The position numbers and the translations under genes were made by a program. A stretch of DNA of 64,000 bases from Acidimicrobiia bacterium (GTDB taxonomy: Bacteria; Actinomycetota; Acidimicrobiia; Spongiisociales; UBA4744). The stretch covers positions 16,261 through 80,260 of the forward strand of contig JAOTUY010000003.1 of assembly GCA_029863625.1 (NCBI GenBank), written 5' to 3'. Shown piece after piece: positions 17,731 to 27,212 of the stretch (positions within the stretch are counted from its first letter, which is position 1; each line of letters begins with the position of its first letter). The notes under the pieces were generated by a model. It ran no database searches, was not told where the DNA came from, and worked only from the letters and a program-made list of their open reading frames with translations.

Positions 17731-20700
17731 TCATCCTCCTTGGTCACGGCGCCTCGGGCGCGTGCCGTTCCGGATCGGTTTGTCGGTGTCATCGGTCCCG
17801 AGGACACTTTCGACAGGTTCCGCCACGCCGGGGTCCACCGACTCAGCTGTTGAGTCCGGGTCGGTGGCTTGAAGATCTCCGACGGGATGAGGCGGAACCG
17901 CTGAGGGCACCTCGGGAGAAGACGCAGGTTGGACGAACCCCACTGGCATTTCAGTCGGTGCGCCCGGCGAACCGAGCAATTCCTGTCCGGCACTTGCGAA
18001 TTCTGCACCCGCCGGTGGGAACTCCCGTACCAGGGGCCATACCCCCCGAGTAGGTGTCGACGGGGGAATAACGACGGGCGGCGGCGACGACGGACGCCAG
18101 ATACCGGCGGCGTCGGCGTAGAGATCGATATCGGGCCCCGGTGGGCCCTTGCGGAGGATGCCGTCCGGCCCCATCCGAATGACGACCTCCTTGCCCTCGC
18201 GCAGCACTTGCTGGCGCTGAGCCATGAGGGCCTCCGCTCCCTCGAGCGCCTTTTTGTATTCCGGTGTGCCTGGCCGATAACCGCGGGTGAGGTCTTCGAT
18301 GATGTTGGCTTCGGCGCCGTGCTGGCCGGCCACATTGGCCATCCAGTCGTTCTTGAGCTGCACGTAACGCTGGCCCTTGACTACCTGACCGGTCTTGGCG
18401 TCGATGAACCGTACTGCATCCCAGTCGCCGCCGAAGTACTTGCCGGTTGCCCTCTCGACCAGCATTCCGTTGGGTTTCTTGACTGCCAAGTCACCGTCCA
18501 GCAGCGACTTGATGTCCTTCTGTAGCTTCGGATCAGTCCATTGGTCCATGCGCTGGTTGAAGCGCTTGACCAGGTCGTCGTGCAGGTTGGCAGGCACGTC
18601 ATCGAGGCTTGGCATTTTCGGTTCGAAATAGGAAGCGGCTCCCCGGCAGGTGTCGTCAAGTTCCGGATTCAGGCGCAGGTCGAGGCTGTTCACGGTTTTG
18701 CCTTTGATGTCGGCCCACTTAGGTGTGAACCGGCCGTCTCGAATCCCGGGCATTGAAGTCATGTTGGTGGTGCGGCCCTCGACATACACCCCGTTCCGCT
18801 GGCTGAATTTGCCCGCATCATCGAGTTGGCGAGCGGGTATACCCGTTTCGTTCCAGTACTGCGGCGAGATCTCATCACCTTCCCGCAGAACGTTGCGGAC
18901 CATATCGTCGGGTTCGAGACGGGTGCCGGGTGGAAGTTTGAGTGGCTTTTCGGTCAGGTCTTCCATCGGGAAGCCCATCTCCTTGCGGGCTATCCGGTGC
19001 CGGACCCGGTTGACGAATCTCTGGCTGCTCTCGTCCAAACCCCGACGACTGGCCTGCTCAGCGATCTCGTCGGATGCGCCGGCTCCTCGTCGTGTGGCCG
19101 CCTCCGCGACTTCGTCTATGGCGCCTCCAGCTGGGGTCAGGGCCTTGGCGATGTATTCGCCGCCGATTCTTCCGCCGATTTCCCACAAACCAACCTTGAC
19201 CACTTCCCACGCGACCTCCCCGGTGGAAAGCTCGGCGTTCTGTTCCTTGGCCTTGGCGGCGGCTGCTGCGTCGAGGCCTCGACGGATGTCGAGGTAAATG
19301 AAACCTGCCTCCGATACGCCACCGGTTTTGACGGCCAAGGCGATCCGGAGTGGTACCTCGGGGTTTCGGACCATCCATTCGGCGATGGTGCCGCCTGTCT
19401 CTCCCATCGGGGTCGTTCGACCTAGCTGTCGGGCGCACCACGCAACATCGTCCTGCACGCCGCGAGCGAAGTAGTCGAGATCCGATTCCTGGTAGTAGCT
19501 CCGCATAGCCGCATCGTCGCTCAGGCGCCGACCGAGATAGCGGCGCATTTGTCGAAGCTCCTCCATCCCGGCCACCTGGCCGTTCTCGTACTTTTCATCG
19601 AGATGTTTGACCATGTCCCAGTAGCCGTGGCGGATGGCCACGGTTTGCAGCCGGTCGGCGACCTCCAACAGCTCCAGTCGGCGTTGCCGGTCGAAGGCGC
19701 CTCGTCGCTCTTGTTCAGCCCATTGCTGGTTCCGATCGATCAGATTGTTCCACTGCTCGTCGGACCACTGCTGATGCTCGATCGAGGCGCGTCGTCGCTC
19801 CAGCGCGTGCACACCCTTCCAGTGCTGAGCGTCTCGGATCAGCTCAGCGGCTTGGTCGCGATTCACCCATCGCCACTGGCCGTCGTCGAACTGCTGGTAG
19901 AGACCGTCCTCATTGGGCCAGATCATCTGGCCGTTCTCGTCGAGCAATGGTCCGTCACCACCCAGTTGCAGAGTTCCCAGACGGTCCGGACTTCCAGCCG
20001 CCTCGGCGGCGAGCCTTGAGTTGCGAAGCGCTTCGAGCCACAGCCACCCCCCCAATGTGAGCAGGGTGGCCCCGGCGGCCGCGGCTTGCACAAGTGGTGG
20101 AATGACGTCGTTCCGCCCCCGACGGACGACGGCCGGAGCGGATGCGATCTGCGCGAAATTGGTGGCAGGGTCGACAATCATCGCCTGCACCGCGTGGTCG
20201 CCGGGAGCAGGACGATCGAGTGACCAGTGTGAGCTAGTGCCGGGCGTCGTCTCTTGGGCGGCGACCTGGCCGTCGATCCGCCAGATCGCTCCTAGCGGCC
20301 CGATTTCCTCTCTGTCTCGTTCAAAATTGACTGTGCAGCCGAGGATTTCATCACTGGAGATACCGCTGTTGCAGGCGAGCGAAGTGATGTGAAAGCCGGC
20401 GGTATCCTTGTCCACCACGCCCCCTGCGACCTCGAGGCCCAACCGCGCTGTGGCCGTACGTCCCTCACCACCGGCATCGACCAGTACGTCGTGTTCTCCT
20501 CTGGTGCTCGCGGCCCAATTCCAGGAGGTGCCGCTACCGGATTGCACGCTATCCCCGTCCAAGTACCAGTCGTACACCATTGTCTCGCCCTGATGGATAC
20601 CGGCGACAGTGACGGTGCAGGTCACCGAGTCTTCTGGCATCGGCCGGGCGGGAGAGCACCCGAGCGTCGCGGCAAACTCCGGGCAGCCGTCGTCGCGGGC

Positions 20701-21717
20701 TCCCCACTCGGTGGGGCAAAGGTCCTCATCGTCGGGGACACCATCGTCGTCCCGGTCGCCGGCTCCAACCTGCTCGCTGACACGAATGTCCAGGTATCGC
20801 TCAATGGTCTCCAACCCGTCGGAGACATCGACCCCGATTTCGTGGTCACCGGGTGGCGGCTTCGCCCAGGAAGCTTGGGGCCCTGAAGCCGGATCGATCA
20901 CTCCGTCGAAGTACCAGGTGTAGGTGAGGTCGTCGCCGTCGGGATCGGTTGCCGTCACCGAGAACACCACGGTGTCCTCACTGTTCGGTTCCGCCGGCGA
21001 CGCACCCAGGCCGCCCACTTCTGGAGCGGTGTTCTCTCCCCACACAACTTCGGTCACTTCTGCTTCCCACGCGCCGGCCGTTGGGCATCCTTCTCGTCCC
21101 CAGGTGTTGGCCTCTGGGGTTATCCGGGCGCAGTAGGCGGTATACCAGTCAATCTCACCTTCGTTGATCCCGGTCGGCTGGATGATCCCGGAGACGGTTG
21201 CCGTTTGCTCCGAGACAATCTCCGCATGGGGGCAGGTCGAAACCAAGGCATCGGTGTCGTCTGTGGCGCAGGCGTATTGGGTGCCTGGTGCGCTGCGTTC
21301 GCCGGCACTGTCCACATAAATGTCGGCCTCCAAATCGAATGCACCGGTCTCCTTGTCGAACGGACCGCCGAACTGCCCGTCGATGTTGGAGAGCTCGGCC
21401 GTCCAGGTTTCCAGATGGGTCAAATCGTACTCAGAAGGGTTCTCGGTGTTGCATTCGGCCGGCAACGTGTAGCCGCCCTCACCACCACCGGTGAACCATC
21501 CCACCAGCATGCCCTCGTCGAAGTCGGCTTCGATATGGATGTCGCCGCTTATCAGCGGAGGTATTGCGATCTGGCAAGGATCGTGGAGGCGTCGGTCTAC
21601 TTCCCACTCACCATCTACTTCGACATAGTCAGGAGCAGCCGCCCCGGCCAGTGGAGCACACATGCACAGCAGTCCGACCACAAGCAGGAACGCCCCAACC
21701 TTGGCTCCCATGCACAC
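17731..21717 (-). CDS. Large exported/membrane-anchored protein with PKD/Ig-like repeats and a C-terminal class II (EF/CyaA/ExoY-like) nucleotidyl-cyclase-like domain
   Basis: Signal peptide (aa 1-27); Cys-rich domain; three Ig/PKD-like repeats (aa ~228-530); TSP3-like DRDDDGVPDDEDLCP (aa ~321-335); hydrophobic segment aa 538-561; motifs R982xxN, K1000-x6-K1007-T, D1098xD1100 and H1133GxExN; Pro-rich tail. Confidence 0.8.
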   Translation of the reverse strand: MCMGAKVGAFLLVVGLLCMCAPLAGAAAPDYVEVDGEWEVDRRLHDPCQIAIPPLISGDIHIEADFDEGMLVGWFTGGGEGGYTLPAECNTENPSEYDLTHLETWTAELSNIDGQFGGPFDKETGAFDLEADIYVDSAGERSAPGTQYACATDDTDALVSTCPHAEIVSEQTATVSGIIQPTGINEGEIDWYTAYCARITPEANTWGREGCPTAGAWEAEVTEVVWGENTAPEVGGLGASPAEPNSEDTVVFSVTATDPDGDDLTYTWYFDGVIDPASGPQASWAKPPPGDHEIGVDVSDGLETIERYLDIRVSEQVGAGDRDDDGVPDDEDLCPTEWGARDDGCPEFAATLGCSPARPMPEDSVTCTVTVAGIHQGETMVYDWYLDGDSVQSGSGTSWNWAASTRGEHDVLVDAGGEGRTATARLGLEVAGGVVDKDTAGFHITSLACNSGISSDEILGCTVNFERDREEIGPLGAIWRIDGQVAAQETTPGTSSHWSLDRPAPGDHAVQAMIVDPATNFAQIASAPAVVRRGRNDVIPPLVQAAAAGATLLTLGGWLWLEALRNSRLAAEAAGSPDRLGTLQLGGDGPLLDENGQMIWPNEDGLYQQFDDGQWRWVNRDQAAELIRDAQHWKGVHALERRRASIEHQQWSDEQWNNLIDRNQQWAEQERRGAFDRQRRLELLEVADRLQTVAIRHGYWDMVKHLDEKYENGQVAGMEELRQMRRYLGRRLSDDAAMRSYYQESDLDYFARGVQDDVAWCARQLGRTTPMGETGGTIAEWMVRNPEVPLRIALAVKTGGVSEAGFIYLDIRRGLDAAAAAKAKEQNAELSTGEVAWEVVKVGLWEIGGRIGGEYIAKALTPAGGAIDEVAEAATRRGAGASDEIAEQASRRGLDESSQRFVNRVRHRIARKEMGFPMEDLTEKPLKLPPGTRLEPDDMVRNVLREGDEISPQYWNETGIPARQLDDAGKFSQRNGVYVEGRTTNMTSMPGIRDGRFTPKWADIKGKTVNSLDLRLNPELDDTCRGAASYFEPKMPSLDDVPANLHDDLVKRFNQRMDQWTDPKLQKDIKSLLDGDLAVKKPNGMLVERATGKYFGGDWDAVRFIDAKTGQVVKGQRYVQLKNDWMANVAGQHGAEANIIEDLTRGYRPGTPEYKKALEGAEALMAQRQQVLREGKEVVIRMGPDGILRKGPPGPDIDLYADAAGIWRPSSPPPVVIPPSTPTRGVWPLVREFPPAGAEFASAGQELLGSPGAPTEMPVGFVQPASSPEVPSAVPPHPVGDLQATDPDSTAESVDPGVAEPVESVLGTDDTDKPIRNGTRPRRRDQGG

Positions 21718-21815
21718 CTCGCATGTTCTGGCAAGTCCCTCCCCGCCCTAGGGTGCCGGGTTCACCGTCGCTCGACTAGGGACCAAAGCCCCCAAAATGG
21801 GCAACGTTTGAGTGC

Positions 21816-22859
21816 TCAGCCGGATAGAGGAGCCAGAAAACGATTGCGGGGAGCGTTGAGCAGGTCAGTCGGTGCCTCACGACGCTCGATGCGAACGTCA
21901 TCGGTCCCGATCAGCTCGCCAATTCGTCGGGCCTGCCGGGCCACGTCATCCCAGAGGCGCTTGGGCCACCGGCCGAGCGGCCCGACCGTGATGGTCAGCG
22001 GATCATCGGATTTGCCCAGGTCCCACACCCCGACCACTCGCCCCCGGTCGAGAACCACGGAGGTCGCATTACCGAACCGGTCGTACACGAACCGGGCATG
22101 GGCGGGATCGAGGAGACGGTCCCGATGACGGTAGGCCACCAGCAACACATCCCACACCGGCAGGAGTCGGACTCCGTCCAGGAGTTCCATGGCCCGTCCT
22201 TGCTGCCCGAGGTTGAGATCGGCGGCGGCTTCTTTGGTCTCTGCCTTAGTCCACCCCGCCCACCAGGCGAGGTCCTCCGGGTCGACTGGACCGTAGGCGG
22301 TGGCGTAGTGTTCGGCCAGCCGGCGCCTGGCTTCTCCAGGATCCAGCGACTGCGGGTCGATGTCCGGCAGCCAATCCGACCACCGGGCGTAGGTCAGCCG
22401 GTCCGATCGCCAACCGCCGGTGCGGGTGGCCCGTACGATGCGACCCTCGGCGCCCATCATGCCCAGCAGGATGGTGAACCGGCTGCCGAGCTGTCGATCG
22501 GGGTCAACCCGGGTCCGGATTTCGGCGGCGGAAAGCGGTCCTTCGCTCAGCGTCGCTTCTACCCTGCGGGACAAACCACCGTACACGTCGGCCAGCTGCC
22601 TGCGGTAGGAGTTGGGGTACATTGCCTGCCGCTTGGTGGCCGCCAGTGCGATCGGCAGCAATTCATGTGACAGCGTGTACACGGAATAGCGCATGGTCCG
22701 TACTCGGACCAGGGAGCGGTCGATACCGGTGGCCTGATCGAGGTCATCGAGTTGGAAGTCTGGGACCCTCGCCATGGCCGACAGATACCCGGTCGGCGCG
22801 GTTCCGTAGATGCCAATCGACTGCGTAACGGCAGAAAGAAGATCGGCCCGGCTGCTCAT
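21816..22859 (-). CDS. Winged-helix DNA glycosylase AlkZ/YcaQ-like family protein
   Basis: YLSAMARV, LVRVRTMRYSVY, YGPVDPEDLAWWAGW, VRLLPVWDVLLVAY, VVLDRGRVVGVW. Start re-called at MSSRADLL. Confidence 0.85.
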   Translation of the reverse strand: MSSRADLLSAVTQSIGIYGTAPTGYLSAMARVPDFQLDDLDQATGIDRSLVRVRTMRYSVYTLSHELLPIALAATKRQAMYPNSYRRQLADVYGGLSRRVEATLSEGPLSAAEIRTRVDPDRQLGSRFTILLGMMGAEGRIVRATRTGGWRSDRLTYARWSDWLPDIDPQSLDPGEARRRLAEHYATAYGPVDPEDLAWWAGWTKAETKEAAADLNLGQQGRAMELLDGVRLLPVWDVLLVAYRHRDRLLDPAHARFVYDRFGNATSVVLDRGRVVGVWDLGKSDDPLTITVGPLGRWPKRLWDDVARQARRIGELIGTDDVRIERREAPTDLLNAPRNRFLAPLSG

Positions 22860-23015
22860 CAGACGATGATCGCACAATGCTTGTTCTGAGCCCGAACGGA
22901 AGTGGCGGCCTCGCAAGTTTGAGCACAGATCCCTTGATTGACCCCCGCGGATGTGCCGATAACCAATAGTGCCAGAATGAGGCCGGGAAATCCCGGCGAC
23001 GGGCGCGGAGGTCCG

Positions 23016-24491
23016 ATGCTGGAACGCGAACTAAAACTCAATGTCCCAGCGGACTTTCGCCTGCCGGACTTGTCGGTTGCCGGTCTGGAAGTTATTTCTG
23101 CTCCTCCTCGGCACCTCGATGCCGTCTACTACGACACCGTCGACCTCCGCTTGGTTCGCTGGGGTTGCAGCCTGTTGCATCGCACCGACGAGGGATGGAC
23201 CGTGAAGCTGCCGCCGGTTGAAGATCAGGACCCGAAGGCGCGACGGGAAATCAGATTCAAAGGCCGATGGGATCAGATCCCTCCGGGAGCAGCCGCGTTG
23301 GTGCGCGTTTATGCCCGTCGCGCTCAACTTCAACAGATAGCGAGGCTACGGACGGTACGAAGACCCGTGAAACTGATCGATGGATCGGGCCGGTCTCTGG
23401 CAGAAGTTGTCGACGAAGACGTTTCAACGTACGGCGGACGGGGTCCGGCCGGCCGGTTCCGGGAGATCGAGATCGAGCTCGCGGAAGGCACGGACGAAGG
23501 CCTCCTCGAGGGACTTGCTTCCCGTCTCCGCACCGCCGGAGCCGGGTCCGCAACCCGGATGAGTAGACTCGCCCGGGCCTTGGGCACCCCGGCCTTACAG
23601 GCCCCCGATGTTGTTGTGGTCGAGCCGGGGGATGAGCACAACGCTGGAGACGTGATCAAGGCCGCCATTGCCCGCTCGGTGCTCCGGTTCGTCGTTCACA
23701 TGCCGGCCGTGCAAATCGGCGAAGACACCGAGGCTCTGCATCAGGCCCGGGTGGCGACCCGTCGCCTCCGATCTGATCTGCGCACCTTTGGCCCACTTCT
23801 CGACGAGGGCTGGGTCACGTCCCTCAGGGACGAGCTGCGCTGGATGGGTGACGCCCTCGGCAAGGTCCGAGACGTCGACGTGCTCATGCTGCGGCTGGAC
23901 GCAACATCCACGCACCTTCTCGAGGCCGACCGCTACCCGCTGCGGGTCATGATGACCATGTTGCAGACCGAGCGGGAGAGGCGACGCCGAACATTGCTGG
24001 CGGCGGTTGATGAGGACCGGTACCTCGAGCTGCTCGATCGGATGGTCGACGCCGCCAATCAACCTCGCCTCTTGTCATCGGCGGACCGCCCCTTCCGCGA
24101 GGCGCTGCGGGAGCTGGTCAGAGCCCCTTTCGAGTTGCTCATGCAGACCGTTCTTGAGTTGCCGGACAAGCCGACCGACCCTGATCTTCATCGGATCCGA
24201 ATCCGGGCCAAGCGCGTGCGGTACGCCGCCGAAGCGGTTGCGCCGTTGGCCGGCAAGAAGGCAACCCGGTTTGCGAAGGCGGCCGCCCGGCTGCAAGACA
24301 CGCTCGGCGACCTGCAAGACGCGTCCGTTGCCCATGCCTGGCTGTCGATGTCCGCCCACCATCATCCCGCCGTGGCGTTCACGGCCGGCCAGCTGGCGGG
24401 GTTCGAACTTGCTCGAGCCGATTCGGCCCGGACCGGGTGGGCGGTGGCCTGGCAGGAACTCTCGCGCGACAAGCTGCGGAGCTGGATGTGA
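23016..24491 (+). CDS. CYTH-CHAD domain protein
   Basis: N-terminal ERELK (ExExK CYTH motif), YYDTVDLRL, FREIEIE; CHAD motifs LHQARVATRRLRS, LHRIRIRAKRVRY and LQDTLGDLQD. Confidence 0.93.
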   Translation: MLERELKLNVPADFRLPDLSVAGLEVISAPPRHLDAVYYDTVDLRLVRWGCSLLHRTDEGWTVKLPPVEDQDPKARREIRFKGRWDQIPPGAAALVRVYARRAQLQQIARLRTVRRPVKLIDGSGRSLAEVVDEDVSTYGGRGPAGRFREIEIELAEGTDEGLLEGLASRLRTAGAGSATRMSRLARALGTPALQAPDVVVVEPGDEHNAGDVIKAAIARSVLRFVVHMPAVQIGEDTEALHQARVATRRLRSDLRTFGPLLDEGWVTSLRDELRWMGDALGKVRDVDVLMLRLDATSTHLLEADRYPLRVMMTMLQTERERRRRTLLAAVDEDRYLELLDRMVDAANQPRLLSSADRPFREALRELVRAPFELLMQTVLELPDKPTDPDLHRIRIRAKRVRYAAEAVAPLAGKKATRFAKAAARLQDTLGDLQDASVAHAWLSMSAHHHPAVAFTAGQLAGFELARADSARTGWAVAWQELSRDKLRSWM

Positions 24492-24895
24492 CGGAAGTGC
24501 AGGCGGCAGGTGGCCTGGTTACCCGCCTCGATGCGACCGGCCAATCACAGGTGCTCCTGGTTCACCGGGCTCGCTACGACGACTGGAGTTTCCCCAAGGG
24601 CAAGCTGGACCCGGGAGAGACGTTCGAAGGTGCTGCTCTCCGGGAGGTATTAGAAGAAACCGGTCTGGTCTGCCGCCCGGTCGGAGAGCTGTCTTCGGTC
24701 CGCTATCGGGACGCCGCCGGTCAACCCAAAATCGTTCGCTACTGGCACATGGCCCCGATTGAGGGAGACATCGGTGACTATGTTTTCAACGCTGAGATCG
24801 ACGATCTGCGCTGGTTCCGGACAGATGATGCAGCGGCGCTACTGACCTACGCTCACGATCGAGATCTGCTGGCCGAGCTGGATGCCGGGGGTTAG
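24488..24895 (+). CDS. NUDIX hydrolase
   Basis: HRARYDDWSFPKGKLDPGETFEGAALREVLEETG Nudix box; GTGA coupling to the upstream gene. Confidence 0.93.
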   Translation: MTEVQAAGGLVTRLDATGQSQVLLVHRARYDDWSFPKGKLDPGETFEGAALREVLEETGLVCRPVGELSSVRYRDAAGQPKIVRYWHMAPIEGDIGDYVFNAEIDDLRWFRTDDAAALLTYAHDRDLLAELDAGG

Positions 24896-27093
24896 ATTTC
24901 GATGTTGTCGTCGATAGCCGTTGGCGCGTAGTGAGCGGCTCCGTACGGCATGGGAAACGTGATGCCATCGTCGCTGCGTGTCACGAAGTGCTCCAGCATC
25001 CAGGCTTGAGAATCGAGGGGTTCCTGATCAGGTGCCGGTTCTAATCGCGTATATGTGCCATCTGCCTGCAACAAGCGCGACTGCACATTGTCGGTGAGAT
25101 GCACGAAGAGGACCGCGTCGCGAATCAACTCGAGTACCCTACCGCCGACCGGAAACAACACCTCGACCCGACGGTTGAGGTTGCGGGGCATGAGGTCGGC
25201 GCTGCCCAGCAGCATCTCCTCGTCACCGCCATTGCGGAAGTAGAAGATGCGAGCGTGTTCGAGGAATCGTCCGACGATTGACGTGACCCTGATGTTTTCG
25301 CTCAATCCCGGAACGCCCGGTCGCAGCGAGCAAATGCCACGCACCTGCAAATCGATCTTCACGCCGGCCTGTGATGCGCGGTACAGGGCCTGGATCATCC
25401 TCTTGTCGATCAGGGCGTTCATTTTGAACGCGATGTATCCGTCGCCGTGGCGGCGGTGCTGTTCCACCTCACGTTCGATCCGGGCCGCAACATCGTCGCG
25501 CATGGTGGTCGGGGCTACGAGAAGTCTGCGGTACTCGGTCTGGTGCGCGTAGCCGGTCAGGACGTTGAATAGCTCCGAGACATCCGAGGCGATTGCCTCG
25601 TCGCAGGTGAAGAAACCGAAATCGGTATACACGCGGGCAGTAACGGGGTTGTAGTTGCCCGTAGACATGTGCACATACCGGCGGATTCCGCTGGATTCCC
25701 GACGCACGATCAAGAGAAGTTTGCAGTGGGTTTTGAGCCCGACCAGGCCGTACACCACATGCACGCCGGACTTCTCCAGCCGACGGGCCCACCCGAGGTT
25801 GTTCTCTTCGTCGAAGCGGGCTTTCAATTCCACCAGCACCGAAACCTGGCGGCCGTTCTCACGGGCCTCGAGGAGGGCATCGACAATCGGAGAGTTGGGA
25901 CCGACCCGGTAAAGAGTTTGTTTGATGGCCAGCACCTTCGGATCCCGGGCGGCTTGACGGACCAATTCGACGACTGGGGCGAAACTGTCGTAGGGATGGT
26001 ACGTGAGCACGTCCTGTTGGCGAATCACCAAGAAAAGGTCGTTGGCTCCCCGGAAGGGAGGCGGGGTGGCAGGCAAGAATGGCTCGAACTTGAGGTCCGG
26101 CCGATCGACCTCGGTCAACTCCATGAGATCAGCCAACCCCAAGGGGCCCTCGATGGTGAACACCTGATAAGGAGCCAGCCGGAGGTTCTGGGCAAGCATC
26201 TTGCTTACCCATTCCGGCATGTCGTGATGGATCTCGAGGCGGTCGGCCGAACCGAACGGGCGCATGCCGACTCCCTGTTCGACCGCCACCGACAGGTCGG
26301 ATGCCTCGTCTTCCTCAATTTCGACATCGGCGTCGCGGGTGAGGCGGAACGGGTAGGCGGCCTGCACCTCAACGCCGGGGAACAGAAGGTCGAGATTGGC
26401 AGCAATGACTTCTTCGATCCAGACGAAGGTGTTGGGCGTTTCGACGAGCCCGAGGCTCTCGTAACTGTCGGCGTTCTCCTCGCTGGGAACCCTCAGGAGC
26501 CGTGGAAAGGAAGGCGGCACCTTCAGTCGGGCAAAACGTTCTCCGCGCGTTGGGTCGTTGACCAGCACCGCCAGATTCATGCTGAGGTTCGCGATGTGCG
26601 GGAACGGGCGACCCGGATCGAAAGCCAGTGGAGTGAGCGCCGGGAAAATCTCACGTTTGAAATGGCGACGGATCAGCCGTTTCTGCTTGCCCTTCAGCTC
26701 CTCATAGGAACGAACCGCCAGGTCGGCCTCGCGCAGAGCCTTCTCCAGGTCGGACTGCCAGCAATCCATCTGAGCGGACAGCTGCGGGAGCAATATTCCC
26801 CGAATGGCGGCTAACTGCTCTGAAGGCGTCATGCCGTCCGGGGGTGCCGCCAGCACACCCGATTCCAGCTGACGGCGCAGACCCGACACCCGGATCATGA
26901 AGAATTCATCGAGGTTGCTGGCGAAGATCGACAGGAACTTGACCCGCTCGAGAAGGGGATGCCGGTGATCGAGGGCCTCTTCGAGCACGCGCCCGTTGAA
27001 CTGCACCCAGCTCAGCTCCCGGTTGGTGAACAGGGAAGGGTCGTCGAGGTCGTCGACCAAGGGTGCTTGGCGTTGAACTTCAGCAGTCATCAT
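24892..27093 (-). CDS. ppk1: Polyphosphate kinase 1
   Basis: NRELSWVQFNGRVLEEA, FASNLDEFFMIRV, HHPY-like YHPYDSF, KQTLYR, ELKARFDEENN, KTHCK, TGNYN, GRFLEHAR, GSADLMPRNL. Confidence 0.97.
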   Translation of the reverse strand: MMTAEVQRQAPLVDDLDDPSLFTNRELSWVQFNGRVLEEALDHRHPLLERVKFLSIFASNLDEFFMIRVSGLRRQLESGVLAAPPDGMTPSEQLAAIRGILLPQLSAQMDCWQSDLEKALREADLAVRSYEELKGKQKRLIRRHFKREIFPALTPLAFDPGRPFPHIANLSMNLAVLVNDPTRGERFARLKVPPSFPRLLRVPSEENADSYESLGLVETPNTFVWIEEVIAANLDLLFPGVEVQAAYPFRLTRDADVEIEEDEASDLSVAVEQGVGMRPFGSADRLEIHHDMPEWVSKMLAQNLRLAPYQVFTIEGPLGLADLMELTEVDRPDLKFEPFLPATPPPFRGANDLFLVIRQQDVLTYHPYDSFAPVVELVRQAARDPKVLAIKQTLYRVGPNSPIVDALLEARENGRQVSVLVELKARFDEENNLGWARRLEKSGVHVVYGLVGLKTHCKLLLIVRRESSGIRRYVHMSTGNYNPVTARVYTDFGFFTCDEAIASDVSELFNVLTGYAHQTEYRRLLVAPTTMRDDVAARIEREVEQHRRHGDGYIAFKMNALIDKRMIQALYRASQAGVKIDLQVRGICSLRPGVPGLSENIRVTSIVGRFLEHARIFYFRNGGDEEMLLGSADLMPRNLNRRVEVLFPVGGRVLELIRDAVLFVHLTDNVQSRLLQADGTYTRLEPAPDQEPLDSQAWMLEHFVTRSDDGITFPMPYGAAHYAPTAIDDNIEI

Positions 27094-27212
27094 GAATGGG
27101 TGGGAGGGCCTCATCCCAACAGTTATCGGCGGGCCTCGCCCCTCAATATACAGTTTCCTGGGATCAGGCCGCCGGTAGCATTGCAGCGCCGGACTCGCTC
27201 GGGAGGCTGTTG

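Noticed and set aside
16030-21815. Cyclase-like operon as a prophage or mobile island
   Set aside because: No integrase, transposase, tRNA target or flanking direct repeats seen, and no obvious compositional shift by eye.
23016-24491. CYTH domain (class IV cyclase fold) near the class II cyclase-like gene as a joint signalling system
   Set aside because: It is a typical CYTH-CHAD fusion in its usual polyphosphate context, on the opposite strand and separated by the AlkZ-like gene; proximity is probably coincidental.
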